A stretch of 53,717 nucleotides of DNA, filler included, from Catajapyx aquilonaris (lineage: Eukaryota): assembly GCA_000934665.2 (NCBI GenBank). It is 3 parts of 3 records of this genome, joined end to end, with 100 filler letters (N's around TTAATTAATTAA, not from the genome) between each part and the next. Parts side by side here need not be neighbours in the genome. Positions count along the whole stretch, not along the records: positions 17,965 to 35,832 come from JYFJ02006859.1; positions 35,933 to 53,717 come from JYFJ02006860.1; 1 more part is not named here. The stretch is one strand, 5' to 3'. The notes beneath the pieces were generated by a model. It saw nothing but the letters and a program-made list of their open reading frames with translations. It was not told where the DNA came from and ran no database searches. The stretch's first letter is position 1, and each line of letters begins with the position of its first letter. The translations under genes were made by a program, and so were the position numbers. This document shows positions 24,237-37,522 of the stretch, piece by piece.

Positions 24237-24536
24237 TAGGGCTGTGCGATATCCGAAAAAATATCGAATCGAAGTCGATATATCGAAAATCGAAAGACCG
24301 CCATCGAAAACCGACATCGCAAAATATCGCAAACCGACATCGAACCGACATCGAAAAATATCGCAAATCGACATCGAAAAATATCGAAAACCGACATCGA
24401 ACCGACATCGAAAAATATCGAAAACCGACATCGCGATATTCGATACATCGCACATGCCAAGCGTCGGATATCGCAACTTCGATATTAGGAAAATATCGTA
24501 TCGACAGTCGATGTATCGAAATATCGCACAGCCCTA
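24237..24536. mobile_element. hAT-like MITE with internal ACATCGA repeats
   Basis: TIRs TAGGGCTGTGCGATAT / ATATCGCACAGCCCTA; no clear TSD. Confidence 0.8.
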
Positions 24537-24986
24537 CTCCTGACCCCCAGAAGCTAATCCCCCCACTTCCTGCCAGGCTTGGAACTACGTGGCCAGGTGG
24601 CCTATGTTACCCCCTACATGACGCAACAATTAATTTTTAAGTATATATTGACACCAAAATGGAAATTTAAGCTATGCAGTATACCTACCTTAAGAGGACT
24701 GTTTCAGGTTATGTTTCATCATCTTTATAGCGAATTAAATTCAAACAAGATGTTGGCGATGAAAGTTACGTAGGGTATAAATTTATGGTGCAATTATCCT
24801 AAACATAATTAAGACTTTACAAAGTTACCTATGACACAAACACAATATTCAAATATGCAGTCCAAAACTGCACTTAAATATGGAACTTGTGTCATAAAAA
24901 ATAACATTTCAACTCAAAACAGTGTTGCCAAAATCAGTGTCCGAAATTTACGCAGCAAAATGGCTTAAGTTACCCACCCGGCCTAA

Positions 24987-25340
24987 GTATTTTTTTTATT
25001 TTTTATTTTAATTTACCCCGTGCCAGGCATCAATGGCCTATTTGGGGGGTGGCACACCACCATCAGTTTTCTCTGTCATTTTTCTTCAGTCACCGGTGCA
25101 AGGAGTCAAGGATGTAGGGTAGGGGTAGGGATTTTTGGGGAGGGAACATGGGGTGCAAGTGCATTGTCTACAACATGGGTCATGTGCTTTCCCCCAGGAG
25201 GTTAGGTTGCCAGACACCTCCTTGGTGCAGGTCAGAGACCCTCCCGACGCAGGTGAAAGGAAAGTTCCCCAGGCGGGGATCGAACCTGGGGCCTTTCACT
25301 CAGCAAGCCGTGACGTTACCATCACGGCCACCACACCTCC
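24987..25340 (-). mobile_element. tRNA-derived SINE
   Basis: Minus-strand A box TGGCCGTGATGG, B box GGTTCGATCC and A-rich tail; TSD CCCACCCGGCCTAA (24973-24986 and 25341-25354). Confidence 0.85.
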
Positions 25341-26676
25341 CCCACCCGGCCTAACTAACCCCGCTTGACGGTATATCTGCAAAACATAATATGTTTTGCA
25401 GATATACCGTTAATTTCACTCTTCTGCAAAATAATAGATATTATCTATTATTTTCTCGCGAACCATGTATGACCCAGGTCTCAAACATAACATACTGAAC
25501 CGTCATCCACAACTATAGTGTCACCAAATATGACTGATGTAACGCAAACACATCACTAATTGTTGAGGTCACAATATATTCTTGGGCATGTGACTGATCA
25601 GGTGACCAATGAAATGCTATAAAAATTTATTTTTACATTTGAGAGGAAACCTAATTCCATAGACGCATTCTCTTTCTTTTAGTGTATATGTTCATTGGGT
25701 TTTGACCACTTCCACTAACCGAAATAAATCTCCAAAAAAGGCCTAATTTTCAGTAATTTCCAGATTTTTGCGATTATTTTCCTCTTTTTTACACCTGTGC
25801 GATTTTTTGTGCTTGCTACATCATGAATTTGCCGTGTCTATTTAGGGTCGGAAAAAACTGGTCGCTAACTGGTAACGTGGGAGCGTTTAAATGACGTTAA
25901 CTGCCTTTAGAATTTTTTTTCGTTGCTCATAATTTTTTTTCAGGTGCGAAAGAGTATATTTCAGGAATATAACAGGTGTGGGAATTTTCATTTTGACAAA
26001 AACCTGCTTCTAGGTGGTGACATAAGTACACCCTGGGGTCCGAAAAGGACCCCACGTTACCAATTAAGGGTTAAAATAAAATACGGGTCCTGGGGGGGGG
26101 GGGGGGGGCNGCGCAATACTTGCCTTGCCCCGGGCGCTTGCAACTGTTTAGGCCAACTTGATTCGGAATGACCCCGAGTAAACCGTTCCAAACTTTAAAA
26201 CAATATATCTCAAAAACTGTGCCTGACAGCACCATTATTCTATTTACAAATTTGGAATCAGTGGCGAAAATACTTATTGAAACACATCATAACCAGAGAA
26301 AATTTACCCTTGTCGAAGAGTGTTACTTCTGCTGCTATTTAGGGGCGGTAGCCCCTAAGCAAGACCTAATATGCAACAACATTACTTTTTCCAACATCTT
26401 GTTACGTTTCTTCTATTCGCCCTAACTCAAGTTCTGCTGCGGGTAGAGCTTCCAAATTATGGACACAGATCTCCACCGTCGTGAAGTTCATTCCTACCAT
26501 TTACAGCTAAACTCAATTCCTCTTCAAAACAACGCATAAAATTATTCAAAATATAGTGAGCTGAATATTGTAGTCTGACGTTTAATTTAATTTATAGATG
26601 GCTCCGTTTTTTTGTTACCGTTGTTACCCGGCGATTGTTGCTTGTTTACTTTACCGACTTCCTATTCTTTGATATC

Positions 26677-26737
26677 GTCGTCGTCATCATCATCATCATC
26701 ATCACGACATTTCCCTATAAGGGGTAGTCAGCAATGG
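26677..26737 (-). mobile_element. 5'-truncated retroposon tail with (GAT)n
   Basis: TSD CTTTGATATC (26667-26676 and 26738-26747); homologous to 14142-14191. Confidence 0.75.
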
Positions 26738-27034
26738 CTTTGATATCAATAATAATAATTTGTTGAAAATGGATTCATCTTTTTGCTCCTGTTAAATATG
26801 AGTGACTTGTTGTAAAGTCATATTTTCATATTTTCATATTATTATCTTTTCCGATGTTTTACTCAATGAGTTGGAGGTAAATAGGTGTTTTGTTTCTTGC
26901 ACACATTGCTGACTAGCAACGTGACTATTAATTGTTACCAGTTTAACATTTGGGCAAACAAGCTTTACAGCGGTTTTTAGTCACAATTGAAGACTTGAAA
27001 AACCATCCCCCAGCTTCTCATTGAAGTGTAAGCT

Positions 27035-27596
27035 ATGGCCCAAGATTGCGACAATTGTCCCAATTGTGGTTTGTCCAACCTGACACACGCGGATGTTGAG
27101 GTACGGAAATGAAAATCTCATGTTAATTAAATCATCGCTAACTTATTTTATTGTCGGCGATACAGTGATATTTTAGCTTTAATTTCAATTCACCCTAGTA
27201 CTGTTTAAGGTTGACATGATTGTGTGTTTGTACAAATTGGGCATTATCCATGTTTTGATATTATTTTTGTTCTGTTACATATAGAGTTATAAAATATCAT
27301 TTATGTCACATGAAGTCCCAGAGACAAATTCTGCAAATAAGATATATATAGAATGGTCAAGATATATGAGGGAGACGGAGTGGCGCCGCGGTAACGCGCG
27401 CGCCCACGGAAGTTAAGGTCCCGGGTTCAATCCCCACCCGGGGTTCCCACCTTCTTTCGTGCAGAGTTGGGCCATCTCTGGCTTCGTTTCGGGTGGCAAT
27501 TTCCGATAGACTAAGCCACCCGGGGGAGTTCACAAAATGACCAATTAACGACAGCGCACTTTGCACATCCCCTCCTATACTTACCCTTGGAACAAT

Positions 27597-27694
<98 letters not shown>

Positions 27695-30600
27695 TCCCAA
27701 AAATAGTGGTATTCCACTCCCCTAATAAGGGCCCAAGGTCCAATAATGGGGTACAGGAAAAAAAAAGAATGGTAAAGATATGCGATAAAGCCAATGCAGA
27801 CCTCATTTGTACAAAAAATCGATATAAGAGCATTACAATTCATTACTTATAAGACTAATAAATTACTCAGAATAATTTTGTATCAAGAATTATTCAGACC
27901 AGTTTGTGATTATGCATGGTTAATTTACATTAAAAAGTGCACACCTGATTACATGAGTGGCCAAATATTTTTCATTGCTGCAAAAATAATATCTCACTGT
28001 TTTTTCACTGTTTCTCACTGTTCTTAAAACTTGTCGTACCTTATAGAAATTGACAGCGGAGGTTGAGCGGCTAAACACGGAGCTGAATGCACACTATACC
28101 ACCTACATGAGAAGCTCCAATGAGAAGCTAACTAGACAAGTGCTCAAGATGAAGGAGCATCACTTTTCGTACGTCCAGAACGTTGGGGACCTCAAGTTTG
28201 AGATGATGCGTGAAAATGCAGCAAAGTTCATTCGGCGGAAAGAGTTACAAGTTAGCCATGACACCCTGCAGCGAAAGAACACCTACCTGCATCAAGAAAT
28301 ACAGAAACAGCGTGACATGCAGTATTGGGCAGAGCTCACTCATAGAGAGATCAAAATGAGGCTGGTACTGCACACCAGGTATAAAGAACTGCATCGCCTG
28401 AATAAGGACTTATCCAAAGGCCGGTCCAAGCTTATGAAGGACCTGCGGGAAAAAAACGAGGAGTGTAATGATCTAAAGAAGTGTCAGGCACGATTACAAA
28501 GGATGGTAAAGCGGAAGCAGGCCAATTTCGATGAAATAGAGGACAAGCTATTTTCTCAGGAAATTAAAACTAATTCTGTGTTCACTTCTTCCAAAGAGAA
28601 GCTTAGCCAAAAGGATGAAGAATTACACCAGTAAGATTTTCATTAAGATTTAGACGCAAGTGATGATAATTTGTGCCTATGTTATAATCTCAAGGTCATC
28701 CAACAATGATTTCTCAATTTTCTTTGAAAAGGAGCAGAATGGAGTTGAAACTTGCTGAGGAACAGGTGGAGAGCTCTCGGGTCGTCGTAGCCAGTTGGAA
28801 AGAGAAATATCAGAAGGCAGAGCAAAAATGCAGCAAGATGCAGAAGCGGGCTTTAGATTCTCGTTCGGAGGTTCTAAATCTGTATGAAGAACGGAGACAA
28901 ATAAAGGTTGACTACGAGGCTCTGAAAATGGAAAATCGCAAACACCGTGCCGAAGAAAAAACACTGAAGCAGCAGCTCTCTGAAGTCCTGAGTGAGGCTG
29001 CAAAAGTCAAGAAGTGTGGAAATGAAGGAAAGAACCTGGCGCCCGCCCTGCAGAAAAAGGTCAAAATTAAAATGCAAATAAGCATAAGTTAAAAATGAAT
29101 ATATTTCTTTTGGACAGTGATCAACCATATTATTCTTCTCATTTATTCTTTTGTATCAAAAATGCTTATTTGAACCAAGCAAAATTAGTCGTTTCATACC
29201 ATTTTACGAGTAACTTAAACTGATAATGACAGTGCGATTCTCTCCTCTAATTCATTACATGAACATGGCCCCGTTTCTGTCTCTTTGGCGTGAGAATAAA
29301 GTATCAGAAATTTTACATAGTGTAGTAGTAGTAGCAGCAGCTGCAGCAGTAATAGTATTACTAATTTACTAATTTAGGTGTATAATACTAATGTAGCCTA
29401 GTCATTAGCCTCCTCCATAAATCTTTGCGGAACCCTTTGGATAGGCCCACAGAACCTTTGGGGTGTATGGAAAACCAGCTAAAGAGCTCTGCTTGAAAGT
29501 GTAACATCACGACATCGCCATCGCTCTAAGATCATATTCTTCATATCTTCATATTCAGAATAGTTCTGGGTTCTGGGGGTACAGTAGCCTACATGGCACA
29601 TAATTTTCTAATACATGGTTACTGCACTTCTTAGCAAATACCATGTATGGGGCCTACTTGAACACAATAAATTCAAACAAAATGTCTTGGGATTTTTGTT
29701 TTAAAGCCATGTAAACTGTTTGATGAAATTTTGCCTCTCTGACAGAAAATGGGCAAGAATACAATAAATTTGTGTTCCTGATAGTAAACATACCAACTAA
29801 TAACTGTACATTCTCAGATAAAAGATTTGACGTCAGACTTGGTTCGAGGCACAGATGAGATGGAGGAACAAATGGCACGTTGTCACCACTTGCAGATCTC
29901 GAAGGATGACTTGCAGGATAGATACCAGACAGAGAATGCCATCTTACGTCACAGGTTACAGGAGACACTGCAGCTCACAAACATAGAGAAGGATTATGCT
30001 CAGCCCATCTGGCAGGCAACATGGAATCAGTACAGGTATGTGGGAAATATATTAAAGCTCGACCTGTGATATATCGCGCTAGGGTTGATCAATTGAAAGC
30101 TAGAAAAGTACAAAGGGGAGGCGGAGTGGCGCTCCGGTAACGTATGCGCCAACGGATGTAATGGGTCTGTCACACAGGCGTTCCGTGCGCTTCGTCGCCC
30201 CGATCGCTTCGCGCGCATGGGTCACACAGGCGAGCGTTGCGCCCCGCTGTGCCCTGGGGGCCTCGTCGGTCGAGGAAATTTGGGGATTTTGGGGGTGACA
30301 CAGCTAAAAGCAGGACCCTCTCGCTGCGTTTTCCTCCAGAGGCACGTCGGGCTCCGATTGGCCGAGACCTTTCCCCCTCAGCTGCCCACCCCAACCACCC
30401 CTGCCATCTTGACCCACTTGTCCCCCGAGGCGAGGTCGCCTTTCACTTCTCCTGCTAAACCCTACGACCGAGTCAGCGCATGTCCGACAAGTTTGGGCAC
30501 AGCGATAGCAGCGCCATTTTTCGGGCCGAGCGAACGGGATTCTTATGGGTCTGTCACACAGGCGTTCCGCCTGTGTGACAGACCCATAAGAATCCCGTGT

Positions 30601-33600
30601 TCGATAAGCCCCGCCCCTTCATCTCGTGCAGAGTTGGGTCGTCTCTGGCTTCGTCTCGGGTGGGACTCCTGAGACTAACCACCCGGGGGAGTTCACAAAA
30701 TGTACCACTATTGAGACATTGCACATCCCCTCCCACTCATCCTCCCTTCGCCCGTGGTACCCGGGCGTTATGGAAAAGCACCAACATGTATAAGCTTGTA
30801 CATGTAAAGCAAATAAAGGTACCGTGCCAGATGCCCATCAATGGGCTGTGCACTAACCCAATATAGAAAAGTACGATGATTTTAAAAACAGATCCAACGT
30901 TTGGGATACATTTCGGAAGAGACAGTGTTGAACACACACGTGTGGAATCCACACGTTCAGGCAGATCTGTAAAAGAGGTGATGTCGCCCAGTCATACATG
31001 CACCAATGAGGGGCTGAGGAGAGCTTTTGTTCGGTTTTTTTGTTGCATAAAATAACAAAACCCATCGAAATGTATATGGGGAAGGCAGGAATGCACTATT
31101 CGAATTTTCCAGATATGCCATATTTGTAAACGAGATATGCGGATCGTTTGATAACCAGGCTGTGCAACTTGAATTTCATCTTTTGAGAGAGGGGTTTACT
31201 TGTAACCAATTGCTAATGGTGTCTCACGATGACAAACACCATGTTAGCCATGCAAATTGTGCAAATTATCACTATTTCGTATAGCTCTGTGCATGGGCGT
31301 AGCCAGGATTTAGGGTAGAGGGGGCAGGACGCAAATTGTGTCTGGGGAGCCGCAGGCGGAAAATTTTTTTCGGTTCAAGGTCACAACCCTTCCGCGCGAC
31401 CTCAAATGGGGCAAAACGAAAAAGAACCCATAGAACAGTGCAATTTTGCACTGTTCTGCAGGGTTTTTGCGCGTTTCCCCCCCGTTTTTCTGCACTTCCC
31501 TGAGATTTAGGGGGGGGGGCAGCTGCCCCCCCTGCCCCCCCTGGCTACGCCCATGGCTCTGTGGTATTTTCATACACAATTAGAGCAGCAGTGTGCAGTG
31601 CTGAACCATGATGCGGTTGGTCAGCGAATGGTGGCCGAAACATCGCGCATCAATGGGTGAATACAATAAGAAATAATTCCATGGGTAAGAGTTACAGTAT
31701 ATTTTTAATGTGGTTCCCATCAATGTCAAAATATAACTGTAGGCGTGTTTTCATGTTCCCCAGAATGCAGGACACCATGTGTGGCACTCTGCAGCAATAT
31801 GCTCACGCAGATCATGCAAGTCCCTAATCTTTGCAGCGTACACTTTGGATTTCAGAACATGAATACACGCCTACAGTTATGTTTTGACCTGAAGACGGGA
31901 GGGTTGGTGGGAATCAGATTGAAAATACAGTAGCCTATATTGTAGTTTTTACCAATTGAATTTTTTTACCATATTTACCCATTGATGCGGGACTTTTCGG
32001 CCACCCTGTAGATTGTATAGTGACCGGTTACAAATCACTACACATTGTGTAGTGATTTGTAACAAATTTTTTTTAAAATATTTTCAATAGGCCTACCGTA
32101 TGCCAATTGCTCGATTTCCAATGGCCATAAAATGTACAATGTTTGTGAGACCTTGGCTGGAACCAATGCTCCACAGATACAGATTGGAAAGGTTCAGGTT
32201 TTGATCAATTATTTCATTGCTCAAGACAAGTGTCACAGGTCATTCTCGGTTATTGTCTCTATATAGGTCTACTCCAGATAGCAAGTCGGAAAAGGAAGCC
32301 AGCCCACTGAATGTAGTTCGTCACCAGACTGTCGATTTAAGTGTGAAGAATCAGCGCATCGTAGAGCTGAACGAGGCGCTGAAGAAAAGGATATCTGATT
32401 TGATGTCAGAATTGATGCTTGCAAGGAGTAAGGCAAATTCTACACTGAGGATCAGCAAAGCCCGCCTGGGAGTCCTTAAGAAGTGGTTATTTCTCCAGAT
32501 GAAAGCGCTGGAGGTTAAACTCAAGGAGAGCATTGAACAGATCACTACCCTGCAGAAGATTATTACAAAGGAGCAGGGAGAGACAGAAATCATGAGGTTG
32601 AAAATTGAAGGAAAGCGGCATAAACCTGTGCGCCCACGACCGCGACCTGTAGAATCACCAGAGGAGAGTGGCAAAGTCATCCCTAGTTCAAGGTGAGATA
32701 TAAGCAATAAGACTGTAAATAACCTGAGTGTAATAAGGCAATCTTAAGGAACCAACAATAATTTTCTACACTTACTTGTTAAGCATTTATTGGATTTCTC
32801 TGTGGTTTGGTGATAAAACCTTCTTCAATGAGATCAGCAAGTAAATAAATGTAAATAATATTAATAGTGAATGTCTATTTCTCTCAAAATTGTTAAAATC
32901 ATATGCAATTCCCTCATTTTGGATTCAGTGTGTGGTTAATAAGGCCCGGATAATTTTTGATGTAACCTATATAAATGGACCTGCCATATTCTCTCGTTAT
33001 CATTTTCAAACAATTATTCTGGACTGAAGTACTTGGACTGTAACTATCAAAATCCATCACATTACAGGCAAATGATTAAAGTCGGTTATTCAAAAGATGA
33101 TCCCCTAAGAGGCCCAAGGGCCCTATCACGGGGTATCCTATTAAAAATTAATATTAAAAAATTACTTGGATTGTAACATAAAAGCATACTTAAATTCACA
33201 TAGTTTACATGTTTATTTCGCATAAAATGAATTGTGATTATCCCTCTTTGAGGTCCGCTGAAATCATTGGGAATATACCATGGCTTTATTAACTCTTCGC
33301 TTATGGTCACTGTATTGCCACAGTCAAAAACATGGATTAATCTAAAATACCGGCATAGAGTATATTACGTGCAAAACCTTGACACCTTTTTCAGTGATAC
33401 CAACCAAAGCTACATTGTTTCATATATCACATAGCATAAAATTATGCTGATCATGGTATTATTTTTAAACTTGATTTATTTGTGTATTTTCAACTTACCT
33501 CAATTCTGCAAGACCCAATGACTTAAAAACGATAATACCTTCAGCCATTTCTCCAGATGATATAGGTCACTTAGAGGTACTAAAATAATACACCACAATG

Positions 33601-33990
33601 GGGGTCAATATTATGGAAGGTCATATACTGTATTGGAAAATGTTGGCCTCATTACACACAGTAATGACATTGTCACCGTCAGATACTTTAATAGTTTCAT
33701 ATATTTTTACCATGTCCAGCTGGTCCACAATAGTAAACTCCAAAGGCACACCACGTCCGCATGTACCCTCGATGTACCCTCAAGGAAAGGCTCTAGCAAA
33801 AGTGTCCAAGTCAGGAAAGTTACCATCATGCAACTTTAAGCAGTCTCCGTCCAAGAATACGTCTAAGGAAGTGACGCCACCATCAGACGTATTGGAATTT
33901 GTCAAGAAAATGAAACCACCCGGCTACTATGCTCGAGACAAAAAAAATAAAATAGCCACGTTTCTGCCACCAGGTAGTAAGAAGAAGTAA
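27035..33990 (+). CDS. Uncharacterised ~630-aa coiled-coil protein; join(27035..27100,28047..28630,28732..29059,29818..30035,32267..32692,33720..33990)
   Basis: All introns are GT-AG with matching phases (0,2,0,2,2); the sum is 1893 nt = 630 aa + TAA. N-terminus MAQDCDNCPNCG, long E/K/L/Q-rich heptad-like body, S/P/K-rich tail. The first exon is the least certain. Confidence 0.8.
27369..27690 (+). mobile_element. tRNA-derived SINE with (AC)n(AT)n tail
   Basis: A box TGGCGCCGCGG, B box GGTTCAATCC; body shared with 30115-30870. Confidence 0.8.
30115..30870 (+). mobile_element. tRNA-derived SINE interrupted by a MITE
   Basis: Head GGAGGCGGAGTGGCGCTCCGGTAACG; body TCGTGCAGAGTTGGG..CCACCCGGGGGAGTTCACAAAATG matches the 27369 copy; 3' limit approximate. 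Confidence 0.7.
30162..30586. mobile_element. PIF/Harbinger MITE
   Basis: TAA|TGGGTCTGTCACACAGGCG ... CGCCTGTGTGACAGACCCA|TAA. Confidence 0.9.
31292..31555. mobile_element. hAT MITE
   Basis: GCTCTGTG|CATGGGCGTAGCCAGG ... CCTGGCTACGCCCATG|GCTCTGTG (8-bp TSD). Confidence 0.92.
31630..32008. mobile_element. Tc1/mariner-like MITE
   Basis: GGTGGCCGAAA..CGCATCAATGGGT.AATA inverted with TATTTACCCATTGATGCG..TTTCGGCCACCCTG|TA. Confidence 0.7.
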
Positions 33991-34324
33991 CCTATCAAGT
34001 CTCATGCAGCCAATTCATGTTTGTGCAGGGTGCTGATATTTAAATTATGTGGAAAGATCAGTATTAAAACATCCAAAATTATATTGAACCAAATAGGCCT
34101 ACGATTTCTTAAATACGGGAACTACAAAAAATATGTTCCTTGCAGTTACAACATATCGTTGCATGCAACATAATGACTTCTTGCTTCAAAACACATATCC
34201 AATAACCCAGAGCCACAGATGTCAGTTTCAGCTTGCTGCAAATGGTGTTTTGACCTGAACTTGACCTGAGGGTGCAAAGAACAGTGACGGGACAGAGGCA
34301 AAGAGGAAGACACGGTTGTTAGGT

Positions 34325-34960
34325 ACAGTCAAATCCCTATAACTCGAACCACCATGGGACCGAGAAAAAAAATCGCCTTATCGAATATGGTGGAGAAAAC
34401 AGCACCAGCACAAATTAAACACCTGCAGTATGTCATGTACTGTAGCTGTATAGTGTACAGTATTGTTTATTGCTTTTATAGTGCTGAAACCCGTTTTAGG
34501 GGTTATAACAGTAACTGTTTAGTATAGTGTAGTCTCGAGCTTACGGTGTAGCATCTGAGCTCTGACTGCTCTGATGCAAAAGGCATGTCACCCCCACAAA
34601 GTAATGCATGAGTCACTACCTACAGGAAAGGGAGCTTAAAACACGTGACTTTCAGAGGGCTTGGTGCATTCCTTCGCGGCTTATCGAGAATATTAACCAG
34701 CTGGGGTGGAAATCGCCAAGAAGGAATCATATCACATGTTTGCCGATCTTGGAAATTCTCCCGTGTTGACAAAATTCGACTTATTAACAGTGAAAGTGCT
34801 GTGGAGTTCGCAAAATATATTTGACTTATCGAGATAATCGAGTTATACAAATTCGAGTTATCGGAATTCAATTTGCATTACAGTATATGGAGAATCCGCC
34901 AAGTCCAAGATTTTCTTCGTCATATCGAGAATTTAGAGTAATCGGTATTCGAGTAAGGTG
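34325..34960. mobile_element. pogo/Tigger-like MITE (right end degenerate)
   Basis: TA|CAGTCAAATCCCTATAACTCGAAC start; inverted TTCGAGTTAT motifs near 34830-34955. Confidence 0.55.
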
Positions 34961-35625
34961 GTCGTACCGGTTATGGCCATGATCCTGATATGCCCACCCC
35001 GCTATTGTGAGTTAACTAACAAAGAAATCCGCTATATGGCATCAGCAGCCAGTGATGGGGCCTCTAAGTGTGTCGATCATTTCCCATCCACCCATGTTGA
35101 GCCATATGGCCTCAGTTGCCTGATTTGTGTTTTTCGTGTGACCCTTCTTGTTTTTCTCATGTACGTCTCCTTTGTTTTATGCATGGTTTTCAAATACATT
35201 TTTCATGAAAACCATCGTCCTTATAATGGCCTATGTAAGTTTATTTGAATAATTGAAGGGGTCGGTGCAATACTGCCCTAACCCACCAAATGACACAAAT
35301 TGAGTTTCGCGCACTTCCATATACTACACTCAAATATCTAATAAAGTACACTGAGATTGTCCAGTTTCTGTCATTTGTCGGTGAGAAATCAAACAATGTT
35401 TTTATTGCTCCAAGGTTATGAATGCCTTTTCTGCAGCAAAACCGCCCTAACCCTCCGTCTTCAAATATTGCAGCGCGCAGGATGCAGCTGCGAGCAGCTG
35501 TGTCTCACGAGTTGGGCTTAAATAGTGAGCTTTTGCCTAATGACACCGATGTGGATGAGAGTACCTAAGATTCAGAGTTCGATCCTGAAAATGATGATGT
35601 GCAAAGTAGTAGTCCATTGCAGCAA

Positions 35626-35701
<76 letters not shown>

Positions 35702-35712
35702 TAATAATAATA
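35626..35712. repeat. (AAT)n microsatellite
   Basis: About 28 AAT units. Confidence 0.95.
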
Positions 35713-35832
35713 GCCTTGTCTGAGACACGCCACCATCTGGAACGCCACCACGGCCTGAAGAAATTATTGCCGTGACCCAAAGGTGGCAGCACTCCCTTGG
35801 CAGCATGTGGCGGCCGCCAAGGGAGTGCTGCC

Positions 35833-35932
35833 NNNNNNNNNNNNNNNNNNNNNNNNNNNNNNNNNNNNNNNNNNNNTTAATTAATTAANNNNNNNNNNNN
35901 NNNNNNNNNNNNNNNNNNNNNNNNNNNNNNNN
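35833..35932. other. Assembly gap with artificial linker
   Basis: 44 N + TTAATTAATTAA + 44 N. Confidence 0.95.
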
Positions 35933-36259
35933 GATGGTGATGCCAGGGTCTGACTCACGTCCCCCCCGCTCAGGTGGACGGACCCGCGCAGCCCAAGAGC
36001 CGTCATCCAGTGGAAAATACTTTGTTATTCTTCTGCCCGACCGTTCTGCCCTGTTACCACTGAATACTCATACCTGCAATAGACAGTAAATGTTTATAAG
36101 CAACTGTCGTGAACATTTGAGGCTTGAGTAAGATGCACACACAGGGGAAAAGACTTGCCTTTTTTACTTCTGTCAGTAATTTACAAAAAACGAAAGCTTG
36201 CTCAGCAGGTTCACTAGGTCTTTGGATGCTAAGTATCTGTGGGCATAAATACCCACTCC

Positions 36260-36946
36260 CTAAAGAACTGGAGATGTGAAAGACCTAGGTCTGCAAGCTG
36301 AAACAAAAACCTGGCCGACAGCAGCCCTCTTACGACCCACGGACGTATCTGTGTTGGCTTTTGTTGTAATTACCAGCTGTAGGAAGAACTTCGGAGTCTC
36401 TGGAAGTTGTTTCACGTCATCCAGATCAGCAACAGATACAGGATATGAATCAAGCCTGTATACACATTGGTGGTGTCTGATGAAACCCAACCAAGTTGGA
36501 AAGTGGTATGCCTTTTGCTTGAAGTTTTTCCTTCAGACAGTTGTACAAATCTGTTGCAGTACCAGACGCCATCTCCACCATGTCGAAGGAGTTGGTTTAT
36601 TGCTGTCGTCGTCGAAGTGTACGATTGTGAAAGCACATTGCTTTTTGTCGGTGGTTTCGTCCATAATAATCAGTGAGAAGAAATGAGCAGGTTGCTTCAG
36701 TTTTTGGAAAAGTCGCTCCTTGAGCTTCTCTCGCAAGTGCAGTCGCCTTAGTTCTTCGACTTCCTATCTTCTTGGCAATGGCAGAATCAGGGAATATATA
36801 CTGGCGCAGAGCGGGACGAGTGTGTCCATGAGCATGAACGGCAGATTTTTCTCCGCTAACACGCCAGTCATCTTAATTTCTGACCTTCTGGCGTTTTCTG
36901 TTTCAGAAGAAAGCACACAATGTCCATTAAATTTCTGGTACTTCAT
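36260..36946 (-). pseudogene. Degenerate hAT-family transposase fragment
   Basis: FFSLIIMDETTDKKQCAFTIVHF (first catalytic Asp region) and EKNLPFMLMDTL, with frameshifts; ~36338-36409 recurs at ~38472-38543. Confidence 0.65.
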
Positions 36947-37096
36947 AAGGTAAGTTACGGCCTGGCCGAGCCTAACGGGCCTTACAGCGTATATGTATTG
37001 CTATATGTATTACTAGACTATACTGCTCGTATAACTATGTATTACTACCTTCTTATTTGCTATTACTTTCATTGGTGCATTGTTGGCGTGTAAATA

Positions 37097-37520
37097 CAGG
37101 GTGTATCTGAACTCAGTGCCCCGACGTATATGACTGCCTTCCTAGCCACCAGAGGATCGATTTAAGTATAGGAGTCACATGTCTGGGCAGCCTCATTACG
37201 GAGATAATTGGCCGCAAACATGTAGTACAAAATATCCTGTCGGTTAGGCCACCCATCGAACCCTCCCCCAGTCAGAAGGCTCTGGAAGGTCTGGGGGCGG
37301 GACTTTGTTGGTTTGTTGCCCACAGGTGGTAAGGCCTCTTTGGCTAGTTACACCAGAAAATTCTATTTAAAAGTCAGAAGGAGGGATTAGGCAAAAATCG
37401 CTAAAGAGTGTATCTCAGTAATGAGGCTGCCCAGACATATGATTCCTATACTTAAATCGATCCTCTGGTGGCTAGGAAGGCAGTCATATACGTCGGGGCA
37501 CTGAGTTCAGATACACCCTG
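37097..37520. mobile_element. Tc1/mariner MITE with ~110-bp TIRs
   Basis: TA|CAGGGTGTATCTGAACTCAGTGCCCCGACG ... CGTCGGGGCACTGAGTTCAGATACACCCTG|TA. Confidence 0.92.
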
Positions 37521-37522
37521 TA

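Larger units (their letters stand above)
23795..25371. mobile_element. pogo/Tigger-like non-autonomous element with nested insertions
   Basis: TIRs CCGTCAAGCGGGGTTA / TAACCCCGCTTGACGG|TA; internal repeated GGCTTAAGTTACCC motifs. Confidence 0.75.

Noticed and set aside
24154..24640. ORFs on both strands
   Set aside because: Stop-poor ACATCGA repeats inside a MITE.
25255..25340. tRNA-like sequences (also ~27370 and ~30115)
   Set aside because: A and B boxes are followed by SINE bodies, tails and (in one case) a TSD; no intact cloverleaf is evident.
35537..35806. Poly-Tyr and poly-Leu ORFs
   Set aside because: Translations of the (AAT)n microsatellite.
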